From: Planctomycetota bacterium
Lineage (GTDB): Bacteria > Planctomycetota > SZUA-567 > H5-PLA8
DNA length: 13,136 bases
Assembly (NCBI GenBank): GCA_045863855.1
Contig: BTVV01000157.1
Location: 1-13,136 of the forward strand
Direction: 5' to 3'
The position numbers were made by a program, and so were the translations under genes. A model generated the notes under the pieces. The model saw only the letters and a list, made by a program, of their open reading frames with translations, was not told the origin of the DNA and did no database searches. This document shows positions 1-8,010 of the stretch, piece by piece. How positions within the stretch are numbered: position 1 is the first letter of the stretch; each line of letters opens with the position of its first letter.

Positions 1-1
1 T

Positions 2-1831
2 GGGCAGTTCTTCTGCCTCCTTCTTGGAACGCAGGTAGGTACAAACCTCGCCGGGTGCGCAGTCGAGCCGGATAAAATCGGGAATTTCCTTACCGTGGAG
101 GCTTTCTGACCTGAAGTATTTCTGGCAGCCCATACATAGGGCGCTCATGATATTGTGGCCTTTCGCTCCAAGCGCCTGGACCTCATTCATCCGGCCGCAA
201 TTCTTCGGATTGCGCCCTGATAAATATACTGCCCCCGCCCCAATCTGCTTCACGAGGTCCTCGCCCTTCTTGATTGTCCCCTTCGCTTCCTGTTCACGGG
301 AAGAATCCACGAGCACGCAGACCCGCATCGGCCTGGAAGACTTGCCGCGCTTCACTTGGGGCCAGCCGACGGCATATTTCGCACGCAACACCTTAACCAC
401 GGCCGTCGTCTTCCCAACTCCGAAAGGATCCTGCCGAACCAGCAGTTCGGCGCGACCGCGACGAGCAGGATGAATGGCCCGGATCAGGCTCGCGGTTAAG
501 TGGCCGGCGGCGAAGTAGACGCTTCGAGCGTCCGTCGAAGTCTGAAGCAGCCAGGTAGGAGGCGGGCATTCCTGTATTCTGGGCCCTTCAACTACTTCAG
601 CTTCAGGTGCCGTCTCTTTCGCCGGTGGCGGGCAGATCCGCGGCGAACGGCCTAGGGCCAGAAGATCGTCTATGCCTTTGGGACTCCCGGATTCATCGGT
701 GTCCCATTCGGCCACGGATACCCGGTACCCGTTCGCTTGAAGCGCGCCAATCAACGCCAGTTCAGCGCGCCGTACTTGCTTATTGGCGTTCTTGTCCTGG
801 TCCATCGCCACTACGATCTCGCCAGCCTTGTCCGGCAGGACCCGTTGAAGCGCCGCGAGCGCATGCCGCCACACTGTAACGCCTGGAATGCCGACCACGA
901 TTTCACTGAGAAACTCTGCGGCAACATCGGCCTTAAGTCCGCCTTCCGTGATCCAGATCCGTTTGTCATTGGCGTTAAGTCGACCTGGACTAGCGATGTT
1001 GGCCATCAGCGATGCCTTGGTCCCGTCCATGCGTGGAGGCCCGTCCTCCGATCCACCCGAGGGGTTAGAACTGAACGAGAAGTATTTCGACCGCTTACTT
1101 GAGCCCGAAGACATCCCCTCCTCCATATCGGGCCGTATCTGCATGAATGGAATGCGGCCTTGCTCGTCGCGAAATGGAATGAGCAATCCGGACAGGCCGG
1201 CCATGTTCCATCGCGAGATCCCGCCCCGGAACTGACGCATATAAAAGCCGGGAATACCCAACAAGTTGTCCAAACCGACCGCGTCCATTACTTCTTCTGC
1301 GATTCCTAATCGATCAAACGACTTCAAGGATGCGTAGCCCTTGCGCGTGATGGCTGCCTCGCTGAGCCCACGCGCCAAGAGAGCCTTGCGGTGCTGGTCG
1401 GATAAACCAAGTGCTTGCAGCAACGCTCGGTAAACCCGATCTCGAACCTCAACCGGCGCCAAGTTGTCTTCTGCTTGGGGACTGACTACAGGTTCAGCGC
1501 TGGGAAGCTCGAAGGCCGATTTCCCAGGCGTCCAATCCAAGCCCCTGTAAGGCCGCCGGGGACCTTCAACCATGGATTCAAAAGTAAGGGGATGCCAATA
1601 GCCGACGTTACCGTCGCTAAACTCGACTTCAATTTCAGAGTCCCATTTTGAACAGATGGCCTCATCAGGTCGAACTAGACAATACTTCTCTCGACCACAG
1701 ACTGGACACATGCGCGTGGACTTTGCTTCCCACCAGATCCGGCTCCACTTTTTTACTTTGCGAGGGTAGGAAGGGGGCGTTTGAAGGCCCGGCCACTTGC
1801 GCTCCGGCTCCCCGGGGGGTACGTTCGACAT
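2..1831 (-). CDS. Primase-helicase fusion, 3'-truncated by the window edge (at least 610 aa): Zn finger + DUF3854-like TOPRIM primase + SF2 helicase N-terminal part
   Basis: Manual translation of the minus strand is open from ATG 1831 (alternative in-frame ATG 1897) to the window edge. Motifs: CPVCGREKYC-x8-C (about 1708-1652); RDRVYRALLQALGLSDQHRKALLARGLS; LLGIPGFY; GLLIPFRDEQGRI; TOPRIM IWITEGGLKAD (about 955-925), GIPGV, VVAMDQD (about 810-790) and W-x7-PKGIDDLL (about 705-660); Walker A QDPFGVGKTT (about 432-403); then LSGRNPKNC, CMGC and CAPGEVCTY. Confidence 0.88.
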   Translation of the reverse strand, partial: MSNVPPGEPERKWPGLQTPPSYPRKVKKWSRIWWEAKSTRMCPVCGREKYCLVRPDEAICSKWDSEIEVEFSDGNVGYWHPLTFESMVEGPRRPYRGLDWTPGKSAFELPSAEPVVSPQAEDNLAPVEVRDRVYRALLQALGLSDQHRKALLARGLSEAAITRKGYASLKSFDRLGIAEEVMDAVGLDNLLGIPGFYMRQFRGGISRWNMAGLSGLLIPFRDEQGRIPFMQIRPDMEEGMSSGSSKRSKYFSFSSNPSGGSEDGPPRMDGTKASLMANIASPGRLNANDKRIWITEGGLKADVAAEFLSEIVVGIPGVTVWRHALAALQRVLPDKAGEIVVAMDQDKNANKQVRRAELALIGALQANGYRVSVAEWDTDESGSPKGIDDLLALGRSPRICPPPAKETAPEAEVVEGPRIQECPPPTWLLQTSTDARSVYFAAGHLTASLIRAIHPARRGRAELLVRQDPFGVGKTTAVVKVLRAKYAVGWPQVKRGKSSRPMRVCVLVDSSREQEAKGTIKKGEDLVKQIGAGAVYLSGRNPKNCGRMNEVQALGAKGHNIMSALCMGCQKYFRSESLHGKEIPDFIRLDCAPGEVCTYLRSKKEAEELP

Positions 1832-1992
1832 AGGAGTGCATTCCGGTCCCTGGGCGTTGCGCCCGACACGCGCACGCCCTTTTTTATCATTCCGCATCTT
1901 CCCGCGAATGCAATTCAGCCTTCGTCAGTGACCAACGGGACGCGCCCTTGGTCTCACTTGAATCCGGCTTCTCTTGCACCGATACCGGTGCC

Positions 1993-2634
1993 ATGCCCAG
2001 AAAGCCAAAGCCGAGCCGTGCGCTCACCCAGGATGAAGTCACCCACTGCCTCAAATGGCTGGCCCGCCCCCGCTCCCTGCACGGGTGCTGGTCCGTCGGC
2101 CAGACTCTCGCCGCCGCCCTAGGCCCTCGGCGCGCCGAGTACGGAAAGGGAACCCTGAACGAATACGCCAAGGAACTCGGTGTCAGCGCAGACGTGCTGC
2201 GGCACATGCTGAGGCTCGGCCAGAAATGGAAGAAGGGTGAGGTGAAGGCCGCACAACGAGCAGGACTGGGGTTCCGCGCGGCGCAAATCCTCGTCGTGCT
2301 CGATACCCGGGGCAAGTCCGCGCGGCGCCGCCGTCTCGTGGAAAAGTTCCGCAAGAAGAAGCTCAGTCGCGCCGGCCTGTACGAAAAGATTCGCTCCGCC
2401 AAGGCCAAGCCCAAACGCTTGAAGGCCGGCCCCCGTCTGCGCGCCCTGCTTGACCTGCGCCGCACGCTCGCCACCCGGCTTGACCGCGTGCGTGCTCGCC
2501 TCCAGTCCGACCGGCGGCTCTGGCCGGCCGCGCAACGGCCACGCGTCCAGCGTTTGAGCGCGCAGCTTCGACGGATCCAGGAGGCGCTGGAGCAGCGTTA
2601 CCAGGACGCCGCGAAGGAGTTGCGGGCGCGCTGA
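1993..2634 (+). CDS. Basic DNA-binding protein with a DUF1016 (YhcG) N-terminal-like domain and a helical C-terminus, about 213 aa
   Basis: ORF 1948..2634, with ATG 1993 (MPRKPKPS) preferred. WSVGQTL...RRAEYGKGTLNEYAKELGVSADVLRHMLRL resembles the DUF1016-N pattern (W.IG...AEYG...L...L...S...LR.M). It is very Arg/Lys-rich with GC3-rich codons, and no PD-(D/E)xK C-terminal domain is visible. Confidence 0.65.
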   Translation: MPRKPKPSRALTQDEVTHCLKWLARPRSLHGCWSVGQTLAAALGPRRAEYGKGTLNEYAKELGVSADVLRHMLRLGQKWKKGEVKAAQRAGLGFRAAQILVVLDTRGKSARRRRLVEKFRKKKLSRAGLYEKIRSAKAKPKRLKAGPRLRALLDLRRTLATRLDRVRARLQSDRRLWPAAQRPRVQRLSAQLRRIQEALEQRYQDAAKELRAR

Positions 2635-2638
2635 GCGC

Positions 2639-2857
2639 CTACGGCGGCTCCGCGTGCTCGGCCTGGGCGCCGCAACGGATCCGCTCGGCAATGATCGCGA
2701 CCAGTTCAGCTTCGTCCTTGCTCAGCTGGTCCAAGACCAACAGCTTCAAAATCGTGCCGACCGGCAGCCCCGCGAAATGGCGCGCGTGCAGCGCCTCAAG
2801 CCGCCGTTGGGGACCCGGCGGCAGGCGCGTGTGAAAAGTCCTACCGGGTTCGCCCAT
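2639..2857 (-). CDS. Small protein, probable ribbon-helix-helix (CopG/Arc-like) regulator, 72 aa
   Basis: AGGAG ribosome-binding site 6 nt before ATG 2857. The pattern is an alternating strand TFHTRL, a helix PQRRLEALHARHF, a Gly turn and a helix PVGTILKLLVLDQL. It converges on the 1993..2634 gene with a 4-nt gap. Confidence 0.6.
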   Translation of the reverse strand: MGEPGRTFHTRLPPGPQRRLEALHARHFAGLPVGTILKLLVLDQLSKDEAELVAIIAERIRCGAQAEHAEPP

Positions 2858-3046
2858 GGGAAGCTCCTGGGAAGGGCGCGGGCTGCCCGTACATGGGCGC
2901 GAGCGCGACGGTTGGGGTGGAGGGATGCGACTGGGACGCGTTACGAGACGGTGCTGAGGCGGGGGACGGGACGGATCAGAAGGGAAAGCGTGGCCCTGAC
3001 CAGGAAATATTAACGCATTTTCATCTGTAAATTAGATGCAGCGCCG

Positions 3047-6000
3047 CTAACCCGCCGCCCAAGCTCCCGACAATAACTCCGCCTGCATGAGCACTGTCTG
3101 CACGGCCTCATCCTGCAAGTCCGGCGGGTAGCCAAACTTGTTCAAAATGCGCTTCACGAGCACGCGAATCTTCGCGCGGGCGCCCTCGCGATATTGCCAG
3201 TCTATGGTCACGCTCTCGCGCACGCGCGTGATCAGTTCGGTCGCGATTACTTTAAGCTGCTGGTCGCCCATCACCTGCACCGCAGAAGCGTTCGTCGCCA
3301 GGGCGTCGTAGAAGGCTACTTCGTCCTCATTCAGCCCCAGGCTCTCCCCGCGCTTGCCGGCCGCCTTGACCTCCTGCGCCAGCTTGATCAGTTCCTCGAT
3401 CACCTCCTGCGTGGCAATGGCGCGGTTGTGGTAGGCGTTCAAGGTCTTCTTCAGCTTCTCGCTGAAGCGCTCCGACTGAACCAGATTCCGTTTCGAGCGC
3501 GTTTTAATCTCGTCCTTGAGCAGCTTCGCCAGCAACTCGGCAGCGACGTTCTTGTGCTTCAGGCCGCGCACTTCGGCCAGAAAGCGCTCGTCGAGGATCC
3601 CGATGTCCGGCTGCTTCAACCCGGCGGCGGCGAATACGTCAATCACTTGGCCTTCGGTCACGATGGCCTTCGAAACCAACTGGCGTACGGCCGCATCAAG
3701 CTGCTCCGGCGTCTTCTGGGCGCCCGTCGTCTGCTTGTTCAGCGCCGACTGGATCGCCTGGAAGAAGCTCACGTCGTCGCGGATCGCCGTCGCTTCATCG
3801 CTGGCCGCGCACAAGGCGAACGCCTTGGACAGCTCGCTCACCACCTGCACGAAGCGCTTCTTGCCGTCCTCCTGAGCCAGCACGTGTTCCTGTCCGGCCG
3901 GGATTAGCGCCAGGCGCTCGGCCGGCTTGCCCGTGGTCCACTTCGTCCTGTCGAAGCCATGGAGCATGTCGCCGGCCACGGCGTGCTTCTCCAGCATGAC
4001 CGCGATGGCCTGTTTCGTATCGTAGGTGGGGTCGCCCTTCCCGCCGCTCTCGGTGTACGTCGCCAGCGCCCGCTTGAGCTGGTCGGCCAGGCCCAGGTAA
4101 TCCACCACCAGCCCGCCGGGCTTGTCGCGGAAGACGCGGTTCACTCGGGCGATCGCCTGCATGAGCCCATGCCCGCGCATGGGCTTATCGGCGTACATCG
4201 TATGCAGACACGGCGCGTCGAACCCCGTCAGCCACATGTCGCGCACGATCACGATCCGGAAGGGGTCTTTGCTGTCCTTGAAGCGGTTGGCCAGCTTACG
4301 GCGCTTGTCTTTGTTGCGGATATGCGGCTGCCACTCGGGGCCGTCCTCGGCGCTGCCGGTCATCACGACCTTGACCACACAGCTCTTGCCCTGCTCGGCT
4401 TCCGCGTCGTCGTCTTTCACGCCGGCCCAATCGGGGCGTAGCTTGATAAGGGCCGCGTACAAGTCCACGCAGATCCTCCGGCTCATGCAGACGATCATGG
4501 CCTTGCCGTCCAGCGCCTCCAGCCGCTTCTCGAAGTGCGCGACTAGATCGGCGGCGATCAGCTTGATCCGCTTGGGGTCGCCCACCAGCGCTTCCAGCGC
4601 CGCCCACTTCGTCTTGAGCTGCTCCTTCTTCGTCTGCTCTTCCCCTTCGGTGATCTCGTCGAACGCGTCGTCCAGTCTGGGCAGTTCGCTGGCATTCAAG
4701 CTCAGCTTGGCGATGCGGCTCTCGTAGTAGATCGGAACCGTCGCCTTGTCGGCCACGGCACGCTGGATGTCGTAGATGCTGATGTAATCCCCGAAGACTG
4801 CCCGTGTGTTGGCGTCGGTCTTCTCGATGGGCGTGCCGGTAAAGCCGATAAACGAGGCGTTGGGCAACGCGTCGCGCATGTTCCGCGCCAGGCCGTCAAT
4901 CAGATCGTACTGGCTACGGTGCGCTTCGTCGGCGATCACCACGATATTCCGGCGCGTGCTCAACTCCGGCATCTTCTCTTGCCTGTCGGGCAGGAACTTC
5001 TGGATCGTCGTGAAGACCACGCCGCCGCTGGCCACTTTCAGCAGTTCGCGCAACTGCTCCCGGTTGGCCGCTTGCACGGGCGTCTGGCCCAGCAGTTCGT
5101 GGCAGCGCTGGAATTGCCCGAAGAGTTGGTCGTCGAGGTCGTTACGGTCGGTCAGGACCACCAGCGTAGGGTTCTGCATCTTCGGATGCCGGATGGCCCG
5201 GGCGGCGTAGAAGAGCATGGAGTAGCTCTTGCCGCTCCCCTGCGTGTGCCAGACCACGCCCGCGCGGCGGTCGCCGGGCTGGCCCCCGTGCATTCGTCCC
5301 GACCAGTACCCGCCGGGGTCTTCTTGCGCGCTCACGACCGGCTTGGCCTTGCCGCTGGCGCGGAGGGTCTCTTCCACGGCCGCGTTCACGGCGTGGAACT
5401 GGTGGTAGCCGGCGATGATCTTGTGGATGGCACCCGTGTCCGGGTCGTCCTCGAAGGCGATGAAGTGTTGGAGCAGTTCCAGAAAGCGCCGCGGCTCGAA
5501 GACACCGCGGACCAGGACTTCCAGTTCCAGGGCGCTCTTGGGCGCGTCGGCTTCGCCTTGGATCGTACGCCAGACCTTGAACCATTCTTGGGATGCCGTC
5601 AGCGATCCGATCCGCGCCTGCAAGCCGTCCGAGACCACCAGCACCGCGTTGTACTGCAAAAGCGACGGGATCTCGGCCTTGTAGGTCTGGATCTGCTCGT
5701 AAGCGCTCCAGATCGTGGCGTTCTCGTCGGCGGCGTTCTTCAATTCGATCAGCCCCAGCGGCAGGCCGTTGACGAAGACCACGATGTCCGCCCGCCGATT
5801 GTGGTTTCCTTCGATCACGGTGAACTGGTTGACAGCCAGCCAGTCGTTGGCGTCGGGGTCGCTGAAGTCCACCAGCCACGCTTTGTCGTGCTTGACGGAC
5901 CCGTCGGGGCGGGCGTACTCCACGTCCACGCCGTCGCGCAGCAGCTTATGGAAGGCGCGGTTGGTCTGGACGAGCGAGGGGGTCGCGATGCGCGTGACTT

Positions 6001-6214
6001 TGCGCAGCGCGTCCTCGCGGGCTTCGGCCGGGATGTTGGGGTTGAGCTTCGCCAGCGCTTCGGCCAGCCGCGCCTTCAGGACCACCTCGCCCAGGGAATC
6101 GCGCTCGGCGTGCGTTTCGCCGGGCGCCATGTTCGGGCCGTAGCGCAGGCCGTACGCCAGGCTCGAAAACCAGGAGATGGCGGCTTCTTCGACGTGGGAT
6201 TCGTTAAGGCTCAT
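3047..6214 (-). CDS. hsdR: Type I restriction endonuclease subunit R (1055 aa from ATG 6214)
   Basis: Nuclease motif [19 protein letters not shown] and QIQTY; Walker [41 protein letters not shown]3387-like C-terminus (FGYPPDLQ). The start [12 protein letters not shown] is typical of the family, and the 39-codon upstream extension in the ORF track runs through the repeat region. Confidence 0.97.
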   Translation of the reverse strand: MSLNESHVEEAAISWFSSLAYGLRYGPNMAPGETHAERDSLGEVVLKARLAEALAKLNPNIPAEAREDALRKVTRIATPSLVQTNRAFHKLLRDGVDVEYARPDGSVKHDKAWLVDFSDPDANDWLAVNQFTVIEGNHNRRADIVVFVNGLPLGLIELKNAADENATIWSAYEQIQTYKAEIPSLLQYNAVLVVSDGLQARIGSLTASQEWFKVWRTIQGEADAPKSALELEVLVRGVFEPRRFLELLQHFIAFEDDPDTGAIHKIIAGYHQFHAVNAAVEETLRASGKAKPVVSAQEDPGGYWSGRMHGGQPGDRRAGVVWHTQGSGKSYSMLFYAARAIRHPKMQNPTLVVLTDRNDLDDQLFGQFQRCHELLGQTPVQAANREQLRELLKVASGGVVFTTIQKFLPDRQEKMPELSTRRNIVVIADEAHRSQYDLIDGLARNMRDALPNASFIGFTGTPIEKTDANTRAVFGDYISIYDIQRAVADKATVPIYYESRIAKLSLNASELPRLDDAFDEITEGEEQTKKEQLKTKWAALEALVGDPKRIKLIAADLVAHFEKRLEALDGKAMIVCMSRRICVDLYAALIKLRPDWAGVKDDDAEAEQGKSCVVKVVMTGSAEDGPEWQPHIRNKDKRRKLANRFKDSKDPFRIVIVRDMWLTGFDAPCLHTMYADKPMRGHGLMQAIARVNRVFRDKPGGLVVDYLGLADQLKRALATYTESGGKGDPTYDTKQAIAVMLEKHAVAGDMLHGFDRTKWTTGKPAERLALIPAGQEHVLAQEDGKKRFVQVVSELSKAFALCAASDEATAIRDDVSFFQAIQSALNKQTTGAQKTPEQLDAAVRQLVSKAIVTEGQVIDVFAAAGLKQPDIGILDERFLAEVRGLKHKNVAAELLAKLLKDEIKTRSKRNLVQSERFSEKLKKTLNAYHNRAIATQEVIEELIKLAQEVKAAGKRGESLGLNEDEVAFYDALATNASAVQVMGDQQLKVIATELITRVRESVTIDWQYREGARAKIRVLVKRILNKFGYPPDLQDEAVQTVLMQAELLSGAWAAG

Positions 6215-6384
6215 CGCCGACCCTCTGGCGGTGCAGCCGAATCCTGCCAAAGTGGCAGGATAAACGGCAGGATACCGTGACTTCGTCCTAAGAAAGAAAG
6301 ATGAACCCCGGCATGTCTGGAATCCTGCCAAAATGGCAGGATATTTGGCAGGATACTCCCTGGGTTCTCCACGAGAGTGTTCAT
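6211..6384 (-). CDS. Putative 57-aa mini-ORF linking the deaminase gene and hsdR ([57 protein letters not shown])
   Basis: ATG 6384-6382 overlaps the TGA of the deaminase gene (ATGA). Its own TGA (6213-6211) overlaps the hsdR ATG (ATGA). It contains ILPxILPxWQDS twice. Confidence 0.45.
   Translation of the reverse strand: MNTLVENPGSILPNILPFWQDSRHAGVHLSFLGRSHGILPFILPLWQDSAAPPEGRR
6239..6356. repeat. Two 37-bp imperfect direct repeats (6239-6275, 6320-6356), each with three GGCAGGAT boxes (one inverted, two direct)
   Basis: gaatcctgccaaagtggcaggataaacggcaggatac vs gaatcctgccaaaatggcaggatatttggcaggatac: 33/37 identical, 81-bp period, 44-bp spacer. Each unit holds the palindrome ATCCTGCCA-N3-TGGCAGGAT plus a further box 12 bp on. 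Confidence 0.95.
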
Positions 6385-7877
6385 ACCGTGCGAACCTTGT
6401 ACTTGCTGGCCCTTGCCGAACCTACCTTCACCAGTAGGTTCAACTCTTGAAACCGCCCAAGGTGATGCATCGCGGTACGATAGGGTATATTCATTGCCTT
6501 GGCATAGTCCGCCGATGTGGTTTCTTCGCGCGTCACCAGCCACTCCCAGCCCTCGCGCTCCGACCGGCTCATCTTGCTCAGCACTGCCGCCCCCAGCGCC
6601 TGAACGGCCGCTTGCGCATGCCGGTACAGCGTCAAGTTCAGGTACACGCCATCGAATGCGTATTTCGGAACCGGAAGCCCATGCTGGGTGGCCGCCGCGG
6701 CGAGCGTTCGCATGCCCAAGCCGCGCCCTTCCACCAGCTTGGTGCCGCCAAACGCAAACTGTAGCTTGGGATTCCGGTTGTACATGGGCGCGCTGAAATC
6801 CTGCAACTGTTCCAGCGTAACCGGCGATAGCGGAGCGCCAGGACTGCGTATCCGCACGGCATCCGCCGTCACCACCACGTGGCACGTGGCCCCGGTCAGG
6901 TCGTAGTCGCGGTGGACCAGCGCGTTGATCACCGCTTCCCGTATCAACTCGAACGGAAGCACGGACCGCTCTTGCCGCGCCATCCGGCTGCGGTCAATAA
7001 CCTGCGGCATCTTGGGGCGCAGCCATTTCTCCACTTCACCGGGGATCAGCACGGCCGGCCCGTCGAAGGTGCGAATCTCGTGCGCGCCTTCGGGAAATTC
7101 GAGCGTGCCGTTCAAACCCGCGTGATGGAGCATCTCGCGGGGCGCCTTGCCGAAGAGCAGCAACCCAAACCCCGTGGGGCGCAGCTTGGACCGATGGCGG
7201 CGCAGCAAACCCTGCCGTTCCAGCCGCCTTTGAAATCCTACCGAGTTCGTCTTATCCGGGATCCCAGCGCTTTGGCGGTAGCGCTCCAACGCATTTTTCG
7301 CGAGATCGGTCCATGCCGCGTCGGACAATGCTTCGTCCCACCGGGATATCGGCGCGGGCTGGAAAGTCCCTTTCTTGGCCTCAGCCGCGCGCACTTGCGC
7401 CTGGACGAGGAACGCTTTGTTGGCTTTGCGAATCCGTTCCTGTAAGTCCCGGTCGAAGAAATGAACCCGGACGCCGTGCTCCTCCAGGTACCGGATACCT
7501 CGCCCGTCCACGTTGGGGTCAGGATCTTCGATGCCCACCCACACATCGGCGATCCGGGCATTCACGATCCGCTCGGCGCAAGCCAGCTTGGGGTGCTTCC
7601 GCGCGCCCGGCGCGCAGGGTTCCAGGGTCGCGAAGATCACGGACCCGTCCAGCCTTGTGTCGCGGTGTTTACGCTCCAGCAGGGTGAACTCGGCGTGGTC
7701 CCCTTCGCGCAATTCTCCGCGCGAGGCCGTGTCCACCGAGCCGTCCGGCTTCACCAGCACCGCGCCCACCAGCGGGCTTGCTTTCCCGTCCGAGCGCCCT
7801 TCCGCAACGGAGTGTTCCATCACCTCGATGGCCTTCTCCATCATCGCGCGCGGATTTAGCTTGGGCTTAGCGGTCAC
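6381..7877 (-). CDS. RibD-like Zn-dependent deaminase fused to a HATPase_c_4 (RecG C-terminal-like) domain and a C-terminal winged HTH, 498 aa
   Basis: N-terminal [16 protein letters not shown]-x11-C and [14 protein letters not shown] match the cytidine deaminase/RibD fold. The middle carries [31 protein letters not shown] and VEGRGLGM. The C-terminus [41 protein letters not shown] fits a wHTH. GTG start preceded by GGAG. Confidence 0.88.
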   Translation of the reverse strand: MTAKPKLNPRAMMEKAIEVMEHSVAEGRSDGKASPLVGAVLVKPDGSVDTASRGELREGDHAEFTLLERKHRDTRLDGSVIFATLEPCAPGARKHPKLACAERIVNARIADVWVGIEDPDPNVDGRGIRYLEEHGVRVHFFDRDLQERIRKANKAFLVQAQVRAAEAKKGTFQPAPISRWDEALSDAAWTDLAKNALERYRQSAGIPDKTNSVGFQRRLERQGLLRRHRSKLRPTGFGLLLFGKAPREMLHHAGLNGTLEFPEGAHEIRTFDGPAVLIPGEVEKWLRPKMPQVIDRSRMARQERSVLPFELIREAVINALVHRDYDLTGATCHVVVTADAVRIRSPGAPLSPVTLEQLQDFSAPMYNRNPKLQFAFGGTKLVEGRGLGMRTLAAAATQHGLPVPKYAFDGVYLNLTLYRHAQAAVQALGAAVLSKMSRSEREGWEWLVTREETTSADYAKAMNIPYRTAMHHLGRFQELNLLVKVGSARASKYKVRTV

Positions 7878-8007
7878 GTGAACTCCGAACGGTGGTGCCC
7901 ATTAAATGCACACAGGGTTTGGGCTGCGGCTCGTGCCCGACCGTATAGCCCAACTTCCCGAACCATTCGAGGGAGGCGTCTTCGACGATGGATTCGTTGA
8001 GGGGCAT
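7867..8007 (-). pseudogene. Remnant of an hsdR 5' end (46-codon [49 protein letters not shown])
   Basis: 12 of the first 21 aa match the HsdR N-terminus at 6214 ([21 protein letters not shown]), and 27 of the first 33 nt are identical. It starts 3 nt after the OLD-gene stop, and similarity ends near codon 27. Confidence 0.85.
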
Positions 8008-8010
8008 CGG

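Noticed and set aside
428..471. ATCCTGCC and GCAGGAT matches plus a short inverted repeat inside the primase-helicase gene
   Set aside because: Isolated short matches within coding sequence that lack the 37-bp unit structure, compatible with chance.
147..1833. Short plus-strand ORFs listed in 147-1833
   Set aside because: All are antisense to the motif-rich primase-helicase ORF on the minus strand.
4919..6280. Long plus-strand ORFs (4919..6280, 11329..12528, 3194..3907 and similar)
   Set aside because: Antisense shadows of GC3-rich hsd genes with no recognisable motifs.
6215..6331. 39-aa N-terminal extension of HsdR given in the ORF track
   Set aside because: It is non-ATG, runs through the repeats, and the family-like start MSLNES at 6214 is mirrored by the remnant at 8007.
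6239..6356. Mini CRISPR array (37-bp palindromic repeats, 44-bp spacer)
   Set aside because: Only two units, internally built from short boxes, with no cas genes or leader in the window, and the position is inside a coupled operon.
6385..6885. Upstream part of the 224-aa ORF 6211..6885
   Set aside because: It overlaps the deaminase gene in another frame with low-complexity sequence. Only the portion from ATG 6384 is considered plausible.
6381..7877. Calling the gene ribD or recG
   Set aside because: No RibD reductase domain and no SF2 helicase motifs. Only the deaminase fold and the HATPase_c_4 domain are shared with those annotations.
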